Below, piece after piece: positions 26,987 to 32,000 of a stretch of DNA of 32,000 bases (position 1 is the stretch's first letter; each line of letters begins with the position of its first letter). The notes under the pieces are model-generated. The model worked only from the letters and a program-made list of their open reading frames with translations. It made no database searches and was not told where the DNA came from. This DNA is from Sinorhizobium meliloti (lineage in GTDB: Bacteria; Pseudomonadota; Alphaproteobacteria; Rhizobiales; Rhizobiaceae). A program made the translations under genes and the position numbers. The DNA is taken from positions 150,001 through 182,000 of the forward strand of contig NZ_JAGIOS010000001.1 of assembly GCF_017876815.1 (NCBI RefSeq), written 5' to 3'.

Positions 26987-27127
26987 ATGAAGACACTCGC
27001 CAACAAGCCGCCGGTATCACCGCAATCCAGAATTCCGCAATCGCTGCTCGAGCGGTTCGAGAACGAGTGGCGCGAAATGCGCACGGTCGGCGAGGCTGCA
27101 CAGAAGACCGTTCCTCCCGCGGAGTGA
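26987..27127 (+). CDS. Small hypothetical protein of 46 aa (MKTLANKPPVSPQSRIPQSLLERFENEWREMRTVGEAAQKTVPPAE)
   Basis: It is below the track cutoff. SD AAAGGAGAG ends 4-5 nt before the ATG. Codon third positions are mostly G/C. The antisense track ORF 26881..27267 shares third positions, so strand choice rests on the SD and on that ORF overlapping mmcQ. Confidence 0.45.
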   Translation: MKTLANKPPVSPQSRIPQSLLERFENEWREMRTVGEAAQKTVPPAE

Positions 27128-27194
27128 GATGCGCTGACGCGGCCTCGGAGCGTGGGATTTTTGCCAATCGGCAATTCCGTGCTACTCTCCTGGC

Positions 27195-27530
27195 ATGCTG
27201 ACCGAAGAAATCGAAAAGCTGGCCCTGAGCCTTCCGGGAACCCAGGAAAATGCCCATTTCGGTGCACGGGATTTCCGTGTGGGCAAGCGGATTTTCATGA
27301 CCCTGCCGGAAGCCGGTCGCGCCGTTTTCAAGTTCACGCCCGACCAGCAGCGAATGCTTCTGGAAATGGAGCCCGGCGTCTGCGCCGCCGTTCCCGGCGG
27401 CTGGGGCGCACGCGGCTGGACATCATTCTATTTCGTCGGTGCCGACGACGAACTCGTTCGCCAGTCCATGGAAACCGCATGGCGCAATGTCGCGCCGAGA
27501 AGCCTCGTCGCCAAGAACGGCCGTCACTGA
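27195..27530 (+). CDS. MmcQ/YjbR-family protein
   Basis: It is 111 aa. The pattern LALSLPGT.E..HFG...FRVGKRIFMTL...F.F is typical of the YjbR fold family. There is no obvious SD. Confidence 0.78.
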   Translation: MLTEEIEKLALSLPGTQENAHFGARDFRVGKRIFMTLPEAGRAVFKFTPDQQRMLLEMEPGVCAAVPGGWGARGWTSFYFVGADDELVRQSMETAWRNVAPRSLVAKNGRH

Positions 27531-27591
27531 CGGCGACGGTGCCGCGCATTTCATGGATACGCAAAGTCGCTGCAGCACTCTGCGCCGTGCC

Positions 27592-28059
27592 CTAATCGGC
27601 CGGCTCCCTGCCGACCTCTAGCGGCCAGGTCACGAGATAATCTTCATAATCTTCGATATCGATGCCGTCCTCGGCGACGGTGCGTCCGCGCACGGATATG
27701 CCGGCCGCATGCACGGTCTCCGGATCGCCGGAGACGAGCGGGTGCCACCAGTAGAGATCCCTGCCCTCGGCGACCAGACGGTAACCGCAGGTCGGCGGCA
27801 GCCAGCTGATCTCGCGCACTGCCTTCGGCGTCAACTGAATGCAGTCCGGCACCGTTGCCTGGCGATTGTCATAGTCCTTGCAACGACAGCTTTCTCCATC
27901 CAGCAGCGTGCAGCGGATCGAAGTCCAGGCGATCTCGGAACTGTCCCAATCCTCGAGCTTGTTGAGACAACAGAGCCCGCAACCATCGCAGAGGCTCTCC
28001 CACTCCGCCCCGGTCATCTCCTCGAGACCTTTCGTCTTCCAGAAAGGCATTTCGCCCAT
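27592..28059 (-). CDS. ycgN: UPF0260 cysteine-cluster protein YcgN
   Basis: [34 protein letters not shown]...CRCKDY closely parallels E. coli YcgN ([31 protein letters not shown]). The start is 28059 or 28050. Confidence 0.88.
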   Translation of the reverse strand: MGEMPFWKTKGLEEMTGAEWESLCDGCGLCCLNKLEDWDSSEIAWTSIRCTLLDGESCRCKDYDNRQATVPDCIQLTPKAVREISWLPPTCGYRLVAEGRDLYWWHPLVSGDPETVHAAGISVRGRTVAEDGIDIEDYEDYLVTWPLEVGREPAD

Positions 28060-28179
28060 AAAGTCACACTTTCATAAAATCCGAGCCAACATGGAAACTT
28101 CGCAGAAAATTGCCGGTTTTTTAAGGCGGGTTGCGCGATATGCAAGTAGATTGGATTGCCGCCCCGTGCAAATATCGTC

Positions 28180-30414
28180 ATGAGGCAGAACCTTCGGGAC
28201 ATGAAAGCCGTGCAGGAACCGAGGAAAGAGGACAACCGGCCGAAAAGGCGACACATCTTTCTTCGGATCGATTCCTGGATCGATTCGACCGTATGGAGCG
28301 CAGGATTCCGGCTCGGGGAGTGGTGGGAGGACACCACCATCTTTTTCCGCCGGTTTCGCGTGCGCGGCTGGAAAAGAGCGTTCTTCGAAGTGCTCGGCGA
28401 GGGAATGACGCTTGGCGCGGCGGGCTCGGTGCTGATGTTGGCGCTCGCCCTTCCCGCCTTCGAGGAAACCAAGGGCAACTGGCGGGCGCAAAGCGATTTC
28501 GCAGTCACCTTTCTTGACCGCTACGGTAACGAGATCGGCCACCGGGGCATCATCCACGAGGATTCCGTCCCGATCGACGAGCTGCCGGATCACCTCATAA
28601 AAGCGGTCCTCGCCACGGAAGACAGGCGCTTCTTCGACCATTGGGGCATAGATTTTCTCGGGCTCGCACGCGCCATGACCGAGAACGCTCGCGCCGGCGG
28701 GGTCGTTCAAGGCGGCTCGACACTCACGCAGCAGCTGGCCAAGAACCTGTTCCTCTCGAACGAGAGGACGATCGAGCGCAAGATCAAGGAAGCCTTTCTC
28801 GCCGTCTGGCTCGAATCCAACCTGTCGAAGAAGGAAATCCTCCGCCTCTATCTCGACCGCGCCTATATGGGCGGCGGCACCTTCGGCGCGGCAGCGGCGG
28901 CGCAATTCTATTTCGGCAAGGCGATTACCGACGTCAATCTTGCCGAGTCGGCGATGCTCGCCGGGCTCTTCAAGGCGCCGGCGCGCTATGCCCCCCATGT
29001 GAACCTGCCGGCGGCCCGTGCCCGCGCCAACGAGGTCCTGAGCAATCTCGTCCAGGGCGGGCTGATGACGGAGGGACAGGTGATCGCCGCCCGCCTCACC
29101 CCGGCCTCCGTGGTCGATCGTGCCCAGGTCAAGGCACCGGATTTCTTCCTCGACTGGGCCTTCGAAGAGGTCCAGCGCATTGCCGCTCCCTTCGCGCAGC
29201 ATTCGCTGATCGTGCGCACGACGATCGACATGGGGCTGCAGCAAGCAGCCGAGGAAGCGGTCGAATCGGGCCTCAGGCAATATGGCGAGAGCTACAAGGT
29301 CAAGCAGGGCGCTCTCGTCATGGTCGAGCATGGCGGCGCGGTACGGGCGATGGTCGGCGGCCGCGACTACGGCGAAAGCCAGTTCAACCGCGCCACGCGC
29401 GCGCTGCGCCAGCCGGGCTCGTCCTTCAAGGTCTATACCTACGCCGCCGCGATGGAAAAGGGCATGACACCGGAAACCGTCGTCGTCGACGCGCCGATCA
29501 CCTGGCGTGGCTGGTCGCCGCAGAACTACGGCCGCAAATATGCCGGCCGAGTGACGGTGATGAACGCGCTCGCCAGATCGATAAACACTATTCCGGTCCG
29601 CCTCGCCAAGGACAAGCTCGGTACAGAAATCATTGCCGAGACCGCCAAGAGAATGGGCATCGAGACCCCGGTTCGCACCGACAAGACCATGCCGCTCGGC
29701 ACCTCCGAAGTGACCGTGCTCGATCAGGCGACGGCCTACGCGGTCTTTCCGGCGGGCGGGTTACAGTCGCGACGCCACGGCATCAGTCAGATTCTCAACT
29801 ACGACGGCGACATTCTCTACGACTTCGGGCGCGACGCGCCGCCCCCACGCAGGGTGCTGAGCGAACAGGCAGTCTCGTCGATGAACCGCATCCTGACGCA
29901 GATCCCGGTCATCGGCACGGCGCGACGCGCAGCCCTCGACAACGGGATCGTCACCGGCGGCAAGACCGGAACGACACAGGCCTATCGCGACGCATGGTTC
30001 GTCGGCTTCACCGGCGACTACACCACGGCCGTCTGGTTCGGCAATGACGACTATACCTCCACCGACGAAATGACCGGCGGCTCTCTCCCGGCGATGACCT
30101 TCAAACGACTGATGGACTATGCCGAACAGGGGATCGAGCACCGCGCGATTCCGGGCATCGAAATCGCGCCCGCCAAACCGGCGAAGGAGCGATCCGCCGA
30201 AACTGCGAAGCCGGACGAGAACGCCCTGCCGCCGCTCGTGCGGCCGCGATCACTGTCCGCGGACGTAACCCGGCTGTTGAAAAGGATCGGCGACACATTC
30301 GAGAAAGCGCAACCGCTCAAGGCGCGCGAAAGGCCCGGCGGCAAGGTGGCCGTGCTCGAGCCGACGGATCGAGGCGTGAACATGCGGACCATGCCGGGCA
30401 CGACAAACAATTGA
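28180..30414 (+). CDS. Class A penicillin-binding protein (bifunctional transglycosylase/transpeptidase, PBP1A family)
   Basis: The track ORF begins at TTG 28156; I use ATG 28180, and 28201 is also possible. It has the GT51 motifs EDRRFFDHWGID and GGSTLTQQLAKN, and the transpeptidase motifs SSFK, SIN and KTGT. There is an N-terminal cytoplasmic basic tail plus a TM anchor. Confidence 0.92.
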   Translation: MRQNLRDMKAVQEPRKEDNRPKRRHIFLRIDSWIDSTVWSAGFRLGEWWEDTTIFFRRFRVRGWKRAFFEVLGEGMTLGAAGSVLMLALALPAFEETKGNWRAQSDFAVTFLDRYGNEIGHRGIIHEDSVPIDELPDHLIKAVLATEDRRFFDHWGIDFLGLARAMTENARAGGVVQGGSTLTQQLAKNLFLSNERTIERKIKEAFLAVWLESNLSKKEILRLYLDRAYMGGGTFGAAAAAQFYFGKAITDVNLAESAMLAGLFKAPARYAPHVNLPAARARANEVLSNLVQGGLMTEGQVIAARLTPASVVDRAQVKAPDFFLDWAFEEVQRIAAPFAQHSLIVRTTIDMGLQQAAEEAVESGLRQYGESYKVKQGALVMVEHGGAVRAMVGGRDYGESQFNRATRALRQPGSSFKVYTYAAAMEKGMTPETVVVDAPITWRGWSPQNYGRKYAGRVTVMNALARSINTIPVRLAKDKLGTEIIAETAKRMGIETPVRTDKTMPLGTSEVTVLDQATAYAVFPAGGLQSRRHGISQILNYDGDILYDFGRDAPPPRRVLSEQAVSSMNRILTQIPVIGTARRAALDNGIVTGGKTGTTQAYRDAWFVGFTGDYTTAVWFGNDDYTSTDEMTGGSLPAMTFKRLMDYAEQGIEHRAIPGIEIAPAKPAKERSAETAKPDENALPPLVRPRSLSADVTRLLKRIGDTFEKAQPLKARERPGGKVAVLEPTDRGVNMRTMPGTTNN

Positions 30415-30511
30415 CTTTGCAGTCAGAAATCCGTTCTCTGGCGAACAAGCCGAGCGGCGCCCCCACGAGCGCCGACAGGGTAAACGACGCAACATTCGAT
30501 AGAGCTGCCAC

Positions 30512-31099
30512 TTGTTTCGAGTTCCCCTCCTTGTCGCTCTTGCCCTCATCGTCGCGTTCGGCGGCGGAATCGGGACGGCCGTGTGGGCGCTGAAGGCGAC
30601 GGTCGGTTTCGGCTCGATCGCAATCGGTCCTTGGGTCGCTTTTCCCGAAGCGCAGACCGTCTCCGCCGATCCCTATGCCAAGGCGCACCGCGCCCGGGCC
30701 GGCGAATTGCTCTATGGCGGTGCCGAGGGACTGGCATTTACCGCGCTCACGGACGATACCGGTGCGCGCCTCTCGGCCGCCTGCTCCTATGACGTTTCAG
30801 GTATGACGCCGCCGGCGCGGTTCTGGACCCTTTATGCGGCGGCGGCGGACGGGACCGCGCTGATGCCGGGTGCGGAACTGCCCTCCGCAATCAATTCCTG
30901 GACCGTCCTGCGCGCCGAGGACAGCCGTTTCGTCATTCACGTTTCCCCCGCTGCCCAGCCCGACAACTGGCTCGCGATACGGCGGACGGGCAGCTTCGCG
31001 CTCGTGCTGACCCTTCTTGACACGCCAACGGCAGGTTCCTCCGGCCTGATCGACCTCGCAATGCCGAAGATCGTAAAGACCGGGTGCGGGCATGCGTAG
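30512..31099 (+). CDS. Membrane-anchored DUF1214-like protein
   Basis: It is 195 aa. TTG at 30512 is the only start compatible with the N-terminal TM helix (FRVPLLVALALIVAFGGGIG); an in-frame TAG lies at 30500. The block ADPYAKAHRARAGELLYG...ARFWTL matches my recollection of small rhizobial DUF1214 proteins. The family assignment was not verified. Confidence 0.7.
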   Translation: MFRVPLLVALALIVAFGGGIGTAVWALKATVGFGSIAIGPWVAFPEAQTVSADPYAKAHRARAGELLYGGAEGLAFTALTDDTGARLSAACSYDVSGMTPPARFWTLYAAAADGTALMPGAELPSAINSWTVLRAEDSRFVIHVSPAAQPDNWLAIRRTGSFALVLTLLDTPTAGSSGLIDLAMPKIVKTGCGHA

Positions 31100-31637
31100 C
31101 ATCATCTTCGCCATTCTCGTCGGTCTCGTCGGAGCGGCGCTTCTTCATATCGTGATCATACTCGCCCTGCCCCAGTTCACCGGCCGCGATGCCTATACGC
31201 GCGTGCTCGGCCTGCTCGAAATGGACAGCTTCTTTCCGCTGACGGCCGAACCGGGACCGACAGGCCTGAACAACGCCGACCCCTTCCTGCGTACGGCCGT
31301 CTGCAGCTTCTCGGTGGCGGATGCTCCGGCCCGCTTCGTCGGGCGCGGCGACGTACCCTTCTGGTCGCTTGCGATCTTCGACAGCGGGTCGAACGAGGTC
31401 TTCAGCATGAACGACCAGACAGCCGTCAATGGCGATCTCGATCTCGTGGTCGCGACACCGATCCAGCTCGTCGAACTGCGCAAGTCGCCACCCGAAGCGC
31501 TGGCGCAATCGATCATGATCGAGATGAAGGACCAGGAAGGTTACGCGGTTCTTCGAGCCCTGGCACCTCTCGACAGCTTCGAGGACCTGGTCCGCACTTT
31601 CCTTGCGGAGTCGAGGTGCGAGCCCTTCCAGCGGTAG
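31092..31637 (+). CDS. Membrane-anchored DUF1254-like protein
   Basis: It is 181 aa and its ATG overlaps the upstream stop by 8 nt. It has an N-terminal TM helix (IIFAILVGLVGAALLHIVIILALP). The family assignment is from memory of the paired DUF1214/DUF1254 genes in Rhizobiales. Confidence 0.7.
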   Translation: MRSIIFAILVGLVGAALLHIVIILALPQFTGRDAYTRVLGLLEMDSFFPLTAEPGPTGLNNADPFLRTAVCSFSVADAPARFVGRGDVPFWSLAIFDSGSNEVFSMNDQTAVNGDLDLVVATPIQLVELRKSPPEALAQSIMIEMKDQEGYAVLRALAPLDSFEDLVRTFLAESRCEPFQR

Positions 31638-31743
31638 TGCGAAGGTAACGACAATTGGGGGAGACTGAAGTCGAGGTGGTCGAAGTTGCGCGGCGAACGA
31701 CCGCACCGCCCGGACGGGCGCTGCCGGCGCTTTGCCCGCGAGT

Positions 31744-31914
31744 TTACTGCTTCTTGGCCTGGCGGCCAGCCGGGGCAGTCGGCTGCGGTCCGCGGCCGTC
31801 CAGCCTTTCGTAACGGATTCCTGTGAAGAACAACACCTTGGCGCCGCCCTTCCCGACAGGACGCCGTCGAGGGCGTTTGACGATCCGGTCCTGCATTCTG
31901 ATTACGTCTGCCAT
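31744..31914 (-). CDS. Small basic hypothetical protein of 56 aa (MADVIRMQDRIVKRPRRRPVGKGGAKVLFFTGIRYERLDGRGPQPTAPAGRQAKKQ)
   Basis: Track ORF 31744..31989, trimmed to the Met preceded by GGAGA at 6 nt. GC3 is about 70% by hand count. The protein is very Arg/Lys-rich. Confidence 0.55.
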   Translation of the reverse strand: MADVIRMQDRIVKRPRRRPVGKGGAKVLFFTGIRYERLDGRGPQPTAPAGRQAKKQ

Positions 31915-32000
31915 GCTCGTCTCCATAGTCTCACGAGACGGATGAACTACCGTACAGATTTCACCCTGCCCGTTTTCGGGCTGACGCATTTTCCGGGTTT

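Noticed and set aside
26881-27267. 128-aa minus-strand ORF antisense to the 46-aa ORF and to the start of mmcQ
   Set aside because: It would overlap mmcQ by about 70 nt and has no SD. Its composition is Ser/Arg/Cys-rich and it has no internal Met. It shares third positions with the 46-aa ORF, which explains why the frame is open.

Overview
The window is GC-rich and densely coding. It looks like core chromosome of a Rhizobiaceae alphaproteobacterium. I infer a Sinorhizobium/Ensifer-like origin from recalled gene order (pepN, pleC-like kinase, glnE, RR/HK, degP, cycLKJH, lipoprotein, feuQPN) and from rhizobial-type palindromic intergenic repeats. No database search was possible.

Left part: the 5' portion of ETF-ubiquinone oxidoreductase (-), a YegD-like Hsp70 ATPase, a divergent family-4-like UDG, two small ORFs below the ORF-track cutoff, convergent MFS and EamA transporters, pepN, and a PleC-like PAS histidine kinase.

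Middle (12319-26642): one co-directional minus-strand block of 12 genes. In order these are feuN-like/feuP/feuQ, a lipoprotein, cycH-J-K-L (ccmI-E-F-H), degP, a second OmpR-type RR/HK pair, and glnE.

Right part: a 46-aa small ORF, MmcQ/YjbR, YcgN, a class A PBP, a split DUF1214/DUF1254 membrane pair, and a small basic protein.

I saw no rRNA, tRNA, CRISPR array, transposase, integrase, phage gene or recognisable defence/toxin gene. I do not see a convincing novel multi-gene system, and this reads as an ordinary conserved region.

The items most worth a second look are:
- a CtrA-box plus dense GANTC (CcrM site) cluster upstream of the pleC-like kinase;
- several Shine-Dalgarno-preceded small ORFs missed by the 60-aa cutoff;
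- a structured about 45-nt repeat present twice, one copy inside the cyc operon;
- a UDG paralog with degenerate catalytic and Fe-S motifs;
- an AT-rich repeat island next to feuN;
- an ECF-type promoter candidate for degP;
- the uncharacterised DUF1214/DUF1254 pair downstream of the PBP.

Many long ORFs in the supplied track are antisense or alternate-frame shadows typical of high-GC DNA, and I rejected them.
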